Positions 1 to 5,799 of a DNA stretch of 7,632 nt are shown piece after piece. A program made the position numbers and the translations under genes. How positions within the stretch are numbered: position 1 is the first letter of the stretch; every line of letters starts with the position of its first letter. The notes beneath the pieces are model-generated. The model did no database searches, had not been told where the DNA came from, and saw only the letters and a program-made list of their open reading frames with translations. The stretch comes from a virus, in the IMG/VR virus record IMGVR_UViG_3300029397_000005, positions 1 to 7,632 of that record; one strand, written 5' to 3'.

Positions 1-95
1 CTGCGCATGCATTCGTGGCAGCGATGCTCGAAGACCTAGATGACTCCGATAACGAGGACGAAAAAAAAGCCGCAGACGGCTTGAAGGCCATGCTT
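1..95. repeat. Terminal direct repeat, copy 1; circular-assembly overlap, exact duplicate of 7538..7632
   Basis: A base-by-base comparison of 1-95 (ctgcgcatgcattcgtggcagcg...gaaggccatgctt) with 7538-7632 shows identity. The repeat touches both window ends, and an ORF runs through it in frame. Confidence 0.95.
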
Positions 96-251
96 GCAGC
101 TTTTCCTAACGACTGGCGGAGGCTGTACCAAACGGACAGACTTCGATGGACTTCAAGAGCGGTAATCAGGCTTTGTCTTTTTATAGACAAGGCGCTTCAC
201 CACGGAGTCAGATACCCCAAAGCGCTGGGCAACTCCCTTCAGCGTGTATAG
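1..251 (+). CDS. C-terminal continuation of the HTH repressor candidate (same frame as track ORF 15..251); 1-95 duplicates 7538-7632
   Basis: Position 15 corresponds to 7552, and 7552 - 7357 = 195, which is in frame. The first in-frame stop is at 249-251. The tail from 153 to 251 is antisense to the recombinase 3' end, so the functional length of the tail is uncertain. Confidence 0.6.
   Translation, partial: AHAFVAAMLEDLDDSDNEDEKKAADGLKAMLAAFPNDWRRLYQTDRLRWTSRAVIRLCLFIDKALHHGVRYPKALGNSLQRV
61..83 (-). terminator. Rho-independent terminator for the rep-recombinase transcript (a duplicate copy sits at 7598..7620)
   Basis: The minus strand reads AAGCCG-TCTG-CGGCTT followed by a T tract (the plus strand has A8 at 61-68). 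This is a 6-bp GC-rich stem with a 4-nt loop, about 70 nt downstream of the recombinase stop at 153. The plus-strand sense has no T tract after the stem. Confidence 0.65.
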
Positions 252-725
252 GCCCGTAGCGTAGGCATCCACAATCGCAACCGCCGTTGCAGCATCCACA
301 GACAACGCACGACCGCAGTGCACACCCCGGGCCATGGCTTCCTTCTGACCAGCCATGCAACGCTCACGGATTAACGACCGCTCGAATTCAGCCATAGCGC
401 CAAGAATTTGAAGCATCAAGCGCCCAGTCGGCGTAGTCGTATCGATAGGCTCAGTCAGAGACCGAATGCAAGCGCCTGCGCGCTCTACACGGTCGAGAAT
501 CTTGAGCAAGTCGGAGAGCGATCGCGCAACGCGATCGAGCTTGTAGAAAACGAAATGATCCCCCGTTTTTAGTGACGCAAGGCACTGACGGAGCACAGGC
601 CGATCAAACTTCGCGCCGCTAGCCTTCTCTTCAAAAATCACCTGAACGCCAGCAGCATGCATTGCCGCAATCTGCACTGCCGTATCTTGCTCTTGAGTAC
701 TTACACGGGCATATCCAACCAGCAT
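153..725 (-). CDS. Small serine recombinase (resolvase/invertase family), probable integrase/excisionase of the phage
   Basis: The N terminus MLVGYARVSTQEQD carries the catalytic-Ser motif YARVST. The length of 190 aa fits the family. A C-terminal HTH is present (TLKGVAQRFGVSDSVVKRLV). The SD AGAGGGA lies 5 nt upstream of the ATG. Confidence 0.9.
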   Translation of the reverse strand: MLVGYARVSTQEQDTAVQIAAMHAAGVQVIFEEKASGAKFDRPVLRQCLASLKTGDHFVFYKLDRVARSLSDLLKILDRVERAGACIRSLTEPIDTTTPTGRLMLQILGAMAEFERSLIRERCMAGQKEAMARGVHCGRALSVDAATAVAIVDAYATGLYTLKGVAQRFGVSDSVVKRLVYKKTKPDYRS

Positions 726-730
726 CTAAA

Positions 731-760
731 TCCCTCTCTGTTTCGATAGAGAGAGTCTCT
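731..760 (-). promoter_or_regulatory. CT/AG repeat element overlapping the recombinase ribosome-binding site; possible SD-sequestering hairpin or protein-binding site
   Basis: The mRNA sense is AGAGA-C-TCTCTCT-ATCGAAAC-AGAGAGGGA-TTTAG-ATG. TCTCTC (753-748) can pair with AGAGAG (739-734) of the SD, giving a 6-bp stem with an 8-nt loop. An upstream AGAGA could compete only weakly. Confidence 0.3.
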
Positions 761-795
761 TTGATGCCGAAAATTCCCAAGCTTCAATGAGATAG

Positions 796-818
796 ATTGC
801 TATAGCTTTTATAGCGAT
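796..818. promoter_or_regulatory. AT-rich imperfect dyad between rep and the recombinase; candidate recombination (attP/res-like) or operator site
   Basis: The sequence is ATTGCTATAgctttTATAGCGAT. The core GCTATA (799-804) and TATAGC (810-815) are perfect, and the flanks extend the dyad to 8 of 11 matches per arm. This is the only strong dyad in the 130-bp rep-recombinase spacer. Confidence 0.3.
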
Positions 819-855
819 TCTGCCAGGCGCAAATCTCTTCAGAATCACTTGCAGG

Positions 856-1794
856 CTAATGGAGCATTTCAGCCGGCATGGGCTCAGTCACCAGCCAATA
901 CCGAGCTTCTCCGAAGCGTTCCAGGGTCAGGCGATGGGAAACGATGATTTCATCCTCTGCACACTGAAAAGTCATCTCGATCATGTCTTGAAGGGATGCA
1001 CCCCAAATGCGGATTTTTTCGGCCTTCGGCATGGAGGCAATGCCGTTCTTTGAATCACTACGGCTGTAGCGATCAGAACCCTTTGGAGCGTCCGCATAGT
1101 CCTTGGTGATGTACTTAGACACGTAAGCCGCGATTTTCGCGATAGAGCGCTGTTTAACGCGTCCTTGAGGGGTCTTGCGACCACCGACGAAGCACAGGCC
1201 GTTGTCACTACCGACGATGGAGCGCCACACCTTAGTCCCCAGCTCCCAGCCCTTCACCTTGACGTCCTTGTGAACCGCGTGCTTTGGCAGCTTGTGGCAA
1301 GCGATGTGCACATGCATTGCCCCACGGTCTTGACGCTCAAAACTGGCGCAGTAGACGAACCGTCCACCGAGAGCGCTCTTCATACGGCGCACCCATTCCT
1401 TGAAGTGCTTTTTGCACAGATTTCGGTCTGTCTGATTTGCCCGATAGGTCAGCGTCAGAAGCTCATTCAAGCCATTGGCTTTGATGAACCAGCGGCATTT
1501 AGCTTTGGCGTTCTGAGCATTCTTTTTCATCTGCTTGTCACGCTTAGCCTCTGCCTCCTCCTCTAGCTCTTTTTCCCGCCAGGCGCGTTCCTCACCATCC
1601 CACTGTGAGAGATAGGCTTCAGCATCAAACGGAGGAGGGGCGAGCTTGTCGGTTTCCGACCAAGTGACGGCGTTACGGAAAGAGATTTCCCGATGGCCGT
1701 TGACGTTCTTTACATACACGTCCCAAGCGTCCTCATGGACTTCGCCTTGAATGACTATGCGTTCCCCCGTAGGGGCAGTTATGATTCTCTCCAT
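856..1794 (-). CDS. HUH-superfamily rolling-circle replication initiator (gII-analogue, two-tyrosine type)
   Basis: Motif I is LLTLTY, the HUH motif is MHVHIACH, and motif III is AAYVSKYITKD, with two Tyr residues 3 apart as in phiX174 gpA (YVAKY). A GGAG SD lies 8 nt upstream of the ATG at 1794. Confidence 0.85.
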   Translation of the reverse strand: MERIITAPTGERIVIQGEVHEDAWDVYVKNVNGHREISFRNAVTWSETDKLAPPPFDAEAYLSQWDGEERAWREKELEEEAEAKRDKQMKKNAQNAKAKCRWFIKANGLNELLTLTYRANQTDRNLCKKHFKEWVRRMKSALGGRFVYCASFERQDRGAMHVHIACHKLPKHAVHKDVKVKGWELGTKVWRSIVGSDNGLCFVGGRKTPQGRVKQRSIAKIAAYVSKYITKDYADAPKGSDRYSRSDSKNGIASMPKAEKIRIWGASLQDMIEMTFQCAEDEIIVSHRLTLERFGEARYWLVTEPMPAEMLH

Positions 1795-1825
1795 TGCAGC
1801 TACTCCGATTAGTTGCAGTCACGAG

Positions 1826-1863
1826 TCCCGAACAGTTCCACCTGTTGCGGGGCTCTTTTTTTT
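1826..1863 (+). terminator. Plus-strand intrinsic-terminator-like hairpin plus T8 tract, facing the rep start codon
   Basis: CCCGAACAG (1827-1835), a TTCCAC loop, then CTGTTgCGGG (1842-1851) form a 9-bp stem with one bulge. This is followed by gctc and T8 (1856-1863). The minus-strand sense has no U tract after the stem. Confidence 0.5.
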
Positions 1864-1916
1864 CTACGATCCAGCCATGCGCCGAGTGGCAATCACTCGC
1901 TGTGTTCCAAAGTTAA

Positions 1917-2141
1917 CTATGAATAAATTAGCCGTGCGCTGCGCGCACGGCTGCCCGTCCGCTTCGCCAGCCGTGCAGCCGTTGCGCTCAGCATTTCGGC
2001 CATGTTTTTCAACGCGACCTGCGGCCGCAGCTTTTCGAGCTGGACAGGCTTGAGCAGATCCGCCAGCCGCAAACAGGCAAGGGCGATTCGCCGCACCTGC
2101 GGCGACCGGGCTTTGGCCCTTCGGGTTGAGCCTTGTCCCAA
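1917..2141 (-). CDS. Hypothetical 74-aa protein, or a shorter form from an internal start; predicted helical and basic
   Basis: My hand-counted codon-position GC is about 66/55/70 % (GC3 > GC1 > GC2), with CTG/GCG/AAG/CAG-type codons like the other phage genes. The peptide RRIALACLRLADLLKPVQLEKLRPQVALKNMAEMLSATAARLAKR looks protein-like. Against this, the start is TTG, the SD is poor, and I recognise no family. Confidence 0.3.
   Translation of the reverse strand: MGQGSTRRAKARSPQVRRIALACLRLADLLKPVQLEKLRPQVALKNMAEMLSATAARLAKRTGSRARSARLIYS
1930..1952 (-). other. Strong 10-bp GC stem-loop next to an AT-rich island; candidate minus-strand terminator and/or origin or packaging hairpin
   Basis: AGCCGTGCGC-TGC-GCGCACGGCT is a perfect inverted repeat. 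On the minus strand it is followed by AATTTATTCATAGTTAAC (1929-1912), the only AT-rich patch in the region. Confidence 0.4.
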
Positions 2142-2328
2142 GTCTCAATCGGCACAGAGGCCGACTAGCAATCCCTATCGCAGACATCCAGACACCCATA
2201 GTCAGAGTGCCTGCGGCACTGGTAGCGCTCGCCGCGCGGCGTCCGCTGCCCGTCGAGCATCGCGCCCAGCACCGTTCCCCAGAGTTCTCGCCTCTACGGC
2301 CTACGCTAAGCCAGGAGCGGCCTGCGGC
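2018..2328 (+). repeat. Dispersed 8-mer CCTGCGGC x4 (starts 2018, 2096, 2210, 2321), each at or near the centre of a local palindrome
   Basis: Exact copies were found by eye, all in one orientation, and none elsewhere in the window on either strand. The contexts are CTGCGGCCGCAG (2019-2030), TCGCCGCAccTGCGGCGA (2088-2105), AGTGCCtgcGGCACT (2206-2220) and GGCCtgcGGCC (2319-2329). Confidence 0.7.
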
Positions 2329-2529
2329 CTTTGGTTTTCTCCGGGGGTATTCATAAAGCTTCGCTTTACAAAGCTTCCCCACTCCGAAAACCAATCCCGG
2401 CAACGCTAAAGGCACGGCGAGGAACTCAGGGGAACGGTGCAAGCAAGGGACAGCTACACGGGCAGCAGACAGATAACGACCCGGCTCCAAATCTAGGGGC
2501 CCGGTACACCAGAAAGGCAGGGGCGGCAC
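2142..2529. other. Non-coding gap between the divergent orphan ORFs; GC palindromes, then a purine-rich leader. Probable cis-acting region (origin, packaging signal or promoters).
   Basis: Stops interrupt every protein-like frame. A 12-bp palindrome CGCCGCGCGGCG lies at 2230-2241. AAGCTT occurs twice (2356-2361 and 2371-2376). GGGCCC lies at 2497-2502. The plus strand is A+G rich from about 2385 to 2529. Confidence 0.5.
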
Positions 2530-2814
2530 ATGGCGATAGCAGCAAATTTCAGGAAGTATGCAGAGGCGATGGCTTTGCAGCTGGTGCTGCCCTTCGGGAA
2601 GCCCGTGTGGAATGGCAAGCGCCCGACGACGACTCTCGGCCGTGCTTTCCGCGCCTACATCACCGCCGCGATGAAGGCCCGGGGCCTGATTGAGCACCCT
2701 GTAGCCCCCGCAGTGCCTCAGTGGTGGAAAGATGCCCAGAGCGCCGCCCGTAAATTCGCCCGCGCCCTGAAAAGCGATCAGAACGCGATTCATTGGAATA
2801 CCGACCTGACCTGA
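2530..2814 (+). CDS. Hypothetical basic, Trp-rich 94-aa protein on the strand opposite to the morphogenesis operon
   Basis: GC3 is about 73 % by hand count (69 of 94 codons), with CTG/GCC/AAG/TTC/ATC preferred codons. The composition is non-repetitive. AGGGG lies 8 nt upstream of the ATG. The 3' end overlaps the zot-like 3' end by 25 nt in convergent orientation. I recognise no family. Confidence 0.5.
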   Translation: MAIAANFRKYAEAMALQLVLPFGKPVWNGKRPTTTLGRAFRAYITAAMKARGLIEHPVAPAVPQWWKDAQSAARKFARALKSDQNAIHWNTDLT

Positions 2815-3938
2815 GCATTACGCGCCGCAAGCCCTTGCGTGTAGGAGTCCTGAGGCATTGGAGCTGGACGCTCTTTTGGCTCGGGCATGGGCACGGTCTG
2901 AGGCACAACAGGCTGCACTGACGCGAGCTGAGCCGTGACTGCCGGTTTCTCTTGCCGCTGCTGCTGCATATCGGCGTTGGGCCTTTTGAAGTCGACAAAG
3001 AAACCACGCTTGACGATCAGCATGCATGTGGCTTCATCCATTGTCATCAGCGTGGCTTGCTGGGTGTAGCACCGGCACTCATTGCGCATCGTCACGCATG
3101 CCGCCGGATAGGGCACCTCAACAGGCTGCGCGACCTGGTCATAGGCCGGGGCTGTGTGAGGAAACCCAGCGATGCGTGCAGTGCGACTTTGCACGTACTC
3201 ATAAGGCGTCACCGCACGCGTTCTAGCGGCATCTGATGCGGACGCAGCACCCGGCTTTGCCGCAGACGTTTCCGCAGCTTGTGGCGCGCCCTTGGTGACG
3301 TTTTTATAGACGCCCGTGATGGCCAGATAGCCCATGATCGGCACGAGCACGACCGTGGCCAGAACCGTCCACACGGCACGCGGAATTTTCTTCTTACCGG
3401 TATGCAGACTGGCGCTTTTGTACCAGCCGTAAACCTCTTTGGGGAAGCCCACCATGGTGACCGTGCCGGACTTGCCGCTACCGCTTTTTTCGCAGTTCGG
3501 ATTGACGGCTTCCCACTCGATACAGCTCACCAGGTCAGCACCGAACGTGCGCTTCAAGTGACGGTGCCAGCCCGGAGAGCCCACCAGTCGCCGCACGAAG
3601 TTATCGAGGTTCTGAGGGTGTTGCGTGACCAGGTAGAAATCCATGCCGCGCCTGCGATGCTCAGCGAGCATTCGGACCTCCTCAGGAACCGCCGCGCCAC
3701 TGCCGCGCACGGGCAAATCGTTATGGCATTCATCGATCAAGAAGATCGTGCCGTCCGGCTCTTTTTGCCAATCCTTGAAGTCGATTTTTTTCCAGCTCGA
3801 AAGCTCACCACCGGGCACAGGCTCAAACCGCCCGTTATGACACACAGGACGGTTTTCCTTAAGGCTGCGCTCACGTACCCATTTGAGCGTGTTGAGAGTC
3901 TTCCCAGCGCCATTAGCGCCCGTAATCAGGTGCAGCAT
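2790..3938 (-). CDS. Zot/pI-family inovirus assembly ATPase
   Basis: Walker A is GANGAGKT at the N terminus and Walker B is FLIDECH. A central TM segment AVWTVLATVVLVPIMGYLAITGV is followed by a periplasmic tail. The gene sits immediately after the pVI-like gene, with a 1-nt gap. Confidence 0.92.
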   Translation of the reverse strand: MLHLITGANGAGKTLNTLKWVRERSLKENRPVCHNGRFEPVPGGELSSWKKIDFKDWQKEPDGTIFLIDECHNDLPVRGSGAAVPEEVRMLAEHRRRGMDFYLVTQHPQNLDNFVRRLVGSPGWHRHLKRTFGADLVSCIEWEAVNPNCEKSGSGKSGTVTMVGFPKEVYGWYKSASLHTGKKKIPRAVWTVLATVVLVPIMGYLAITGVYKNVTKGAPQAAETSAAKPGAASASDAARTRAVTPYEYVQSRTARIAGFPHTAPAYDQVAQPVEVPYPAACVTMRNECRCYTQQATLMTMDEATCMLIVKRGFFVDFKRPNADMQQQRQEKPAVTAQLASVQPVVPQTVPMPEPKERPAPMPQDSYTQGLAARNAQVRSVFQ

Positions 3939-3939
3939 G

Positions 3940-4236
3940 TCACACCCTCCTCAGGCGCTTGACGACCCCACCAAGGCCCGACAAACCCATGCGAACAGCA
4001 ACCGCTGATGCAATGATGCTGATGCAAACACCGACCTTCATATAACCAAGCATTGCCACCAAATCAGGCGGCAACCCCATCAGAGCAGCGATCGCATCAG
4101 CCTTGAGCTTGCTCAAAACCGTATCGACACCCGTGTAGCTGACAACAGTCAGGCCCAAAGCAATGAGCACCCGGCCAACCAATGACCCAGCAACGTTTAA
4201 TAAACCACCGAGCAGGGACGCGATAATCACGGGCAT
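3940..4236 (-). CDS. pVI-like minor coat / membrane protein (98 aa)
   Basis: The protein has multiple hydrophobic segments and a basic C terminus (KRLRRV). It lies between the pIII-like and pI-like genes. A strong SD AGGAGG lies 6 nt upstream of the ATG, with its 3' bases overlapping the pIII stop codon. Confidence 0.75.
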   Translation of the reverse strand: MPVIIASLLGGLLNVAGSLVGRVLIALGLTVVSYTGVDTVLSKLKADAIAALMGLPPDLVAMLGYMKVGVCISIIASAVAVRMGLSGLGGVVKRLRRV

Positions 4237-4239
4237 TTT

Positions 4240-5676
4240 TTAGTCCTCCTTTGACGGTCCTGAAACGATGCGGAAGGCCGCCAGCGAGCACACTGCGACG
4301 AGCACCCAGCCGAGATAGCCAAGCGACGGACAGATGTTGCTGAACGGCAAAGAGACGCTAGTCCTCCAAACTTGGACATTCAGGTCTGCGATGCAGCGAC
4401 CACCACCTAAAACGTCCTCAGAGCTGAGCTTCCCTGCGACGTCCACTTCAGTGTTTCCAGGCAGGTCTTTGGTCACATCACGGTCTGAACCTTTAGCGAC
4501 CTCAGAGCCATATAGCTGAGACTCAGAAGTCTTGTCATCAAACATCTGGCAGTTGCGCTTGTGCTGATCTCTCGCGATAGCGCACTGGAGCGCGTCACCC
4601 TCACACGCAAAGCCGGCCTCACACGACCCACCAAAACTACCGCCTTTACCGTCCTTTTCCCCATTAGCAGAGCTATTGCATTGCGCAGAATTCGCATTCG
4701 ACTTGCAGTAGTCTTCTTTGCTTTGCACAACCGTGGAGCTATTGATAACGGTGGAAGAACCACCGCCGCTTGGCGTGCTTGTGGTGGTCTTTTCCGTGGT
4801 GCATGTATTGCCCTGGCAGGTGGTTTTTTCGCTCACCTTGTCAGTACTGCCATCCTTGTTCTTGGTCTCAGTGTTCTTCTCACTTTTGACTACGTTCGTA
4901 CCCTCGTCCTTTACGCAGACCTCAACGCCGTTTACCTCACCACCAAAACCACCAGGGCATTTAGGCGGATCGAGACAAACACGTCCGCCAGGACTGCTTT
5001 CACTTGAGGCATAACCGGCCTTGCTGCACTTTTCCTCAACTGTCGTGCCGTCCCCTGGCGTAGCAGCAGGAACCTCACAGGCCTTACCTTGAGTCGTGCC
5101 AGGCGGACCCTGATACATGCCCAAACGTCCGTAAGTCTGCTTAGTTCCACCAGGCATGGTGACAACCTTGTCCTGCACAAATCTCACGGTGCAGCCGCTA
5201 GATGGCGAGTCGTGTGGCCAGCACATATCACCCGTGGGAACCTCACCGCTCAACACTTGCGAATCAAGCAACTTCCCAGAACCCAACGCAAATCCTGAAA
5301 GGTTGAAATCACCCGCACATTTAGCATCAGGCGTGGTGGTAGCAACGCAGGACCCGTTCTTTTCTGAATAGCCCGAATTGCAGCCGCATTCCTGACCCGC
5401 AAGCGTGGCATTAGCCGGACAGTAGTAGGTTGTTTGCTTGTAAACCGTAGCGTTCGCCATGAGCGGATCCAGGCTGTACGCACACAGCCACTCATAACTA
5501 CTGTTTTGCACAGCCGTGTTTTGGCGCGACTCAACCGCATTACAAGCAGCCTGAGCGGACTCATAAAGAGTCGAGCCAGCTTGCCAACGGTCCCCATACT
5601 TTGCGGGGAACGCGTACGCTGAGACACTGAGCACCAGCAACAGTAAGCCGCAGATCAAGCGGTAAGGATTAGCCAT
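4240..5676 (-). CDS. pIII-like adsorption / minor coat protein (478 aa from the ATG at 5676; the track ORF extends to a TTG at 5736)
   Basis: From the ATG the protein starts with a signal peptide, MANPYRLICGLLLLVLSVSAYA / FPAKY. Cys-rich domains are separated by Gly/Ser/Thr-rich linkers (TTTSTPSGGGSS). A C-terminal membrane anchor is present (LGYLGWVLVAVCSLAAFRIV). The gene follows the major coat gene. Confidence 0.8.
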   Translation of the reverse strand: MANPYRLICGLLLLVLSVSAYAFPAKYGDRWQAGSTLYESAQAACNAVESRQNTAVQNSSYEWLCAYSLDPLMANATVYKQTTYYCPANATLAGQECGCNSGYSEKNGSCVATTTPDAKCAGDFNLSGFALGSGKLLDSQVLSGEVPTGDMCWPHDSPSSGCTVRFVQDKVVTMPGGTKQTYGRLGMYQGPPGTTQGKACEVPAATPGDGTTVEEKCSKAGYASSESSPGGRVCLDPPKCPGGFGGEVNGVEVCVKDEGTNVVKSEKNTETKNKDGSTDKVSEKTTCQGNTCTTEKTTTSTPSGGGSSTVINSSTVVQSKEDYCKSNANSAQCNSSANGEKDGKGGSFGGSCEAGFACEGDALQCAIARDQHKRNCQMFDDKTSESQLYGSEVAKGSDRDVTKDLPGNTEVDVAGKLSSEDVLGGGRCIADLNVQVWRTSVSLPFSNICPSLGYLGWVLVAVCSLAAFRIVSGPSKED

Positions 5677-5754
5677 GCGGCCCCCAGCATTGCGATGATG
5701 ACGAACAGGCCCATGTAACCCCCTCAGCTTTTTCAAAGCACCACCGTTGACGCT

Positions 5755-5786
5755 TTGAGAAAGCCCCGCAGCCGGCCGGTCTGCGG
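5755..5786 (-). terminator. Hairpin with a short U tract just after the major coat gene (attenuating terminator candidate)
   Basis: CCGCAG (5766-5771) pairs with CTGCGG (5781-5786), with an inner CC/GG pair. The minus strand then continues GGCTTTCTCAAAG. The position parallels the terminator after gene VIII in Ff phages. Confidence 0.4.
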
Positions 5787-5799
5787 AGTTAGCTCCCGA

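Noticed and set aside
1-95. The terminal repeats as IS/LTR ends, or a CRISPR-like repeat
   Set aside because: They are direct repeats, present only twice and exactly at the window termini. They are coding, since an ORF reads through them. There are no spacers, inverted repeats or transposase. A circular-assembly overlap is the simplest explanation.
726-745. AAATCCCTCTCT resembling the 3' T-loop/T-stem of a tRNA, as a phiRSM-style attP core
   Set aside because: Only about 11 nt of loose resemblance, with no complementary T-stem half. It doubles as the recombinase SD region. It cannot be supported without a host attB sequence.
859-1566. ORFs 859-1053(+), 981-1208(-) and 1165-1566(+) inside rep
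   Set aside because: They overlap the HUH Rep frame, which carries all three catalytic motifs. They have no independent start signals.
2455-2512. CTACACGGG ... CTAGGGGCCCGGTACACC reminiscent of ykkC/guanidine-type riboswitch words
   Set aside because: The words are in the wrong order and spacing, and the other conserved blocks are missing. This is chance similarity in GC-rich sequence.
1864-2793. 309-aa minus-strand ORF spanning the whole GC-rich region
   Set aside because: It is long enough to be surprising, by a rough estimate well below 1 % by chance at this GC. However, the translation is Arg/Gly/Pro/Cys/Trp-rich and non-protein-like, and its third-position GC is not elevated (about 53-73 %, never the highest phase). 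There is no SD. It is antisense to the better-supported ORF94 and out of frame with the coding-like ORF74. It is most likely an open shadow frame.
3279-3962. 227-aa plus-strand ORF, plus smaller plus ORFs at 2952-3236, 3026-3226 and 3643-3840
   Set aside because: They lie entirely antisense to the motif-supported Zot/pI gene. The composition is Arg/His-rich. These are typical shadow ORFs of a GC-biased gene.
4334-5627. Numerous 60-150-aa ORFs on both strands inside the pIII-like gene (for example 4561-5007, 4718-5014 and 5250-5627)
   Set aside because: All overlap the 478-aa pIII-like frame, which has a signal peptide, linkers and a membrane anchor. Their translations are low-complexity or Arg-rich.
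5677-5736. TTG-initiated 20-aa extension of the pIII-like ORF (and similarly 7275-7298 for the zinc-ribbon ORF)
   Set aside because: The internal ATGs at 5676 and 7274 have SD sequences. For pIII, the ATG start immediately yields a canonical signal peptide. The extensions run into terminator or operator sequence.
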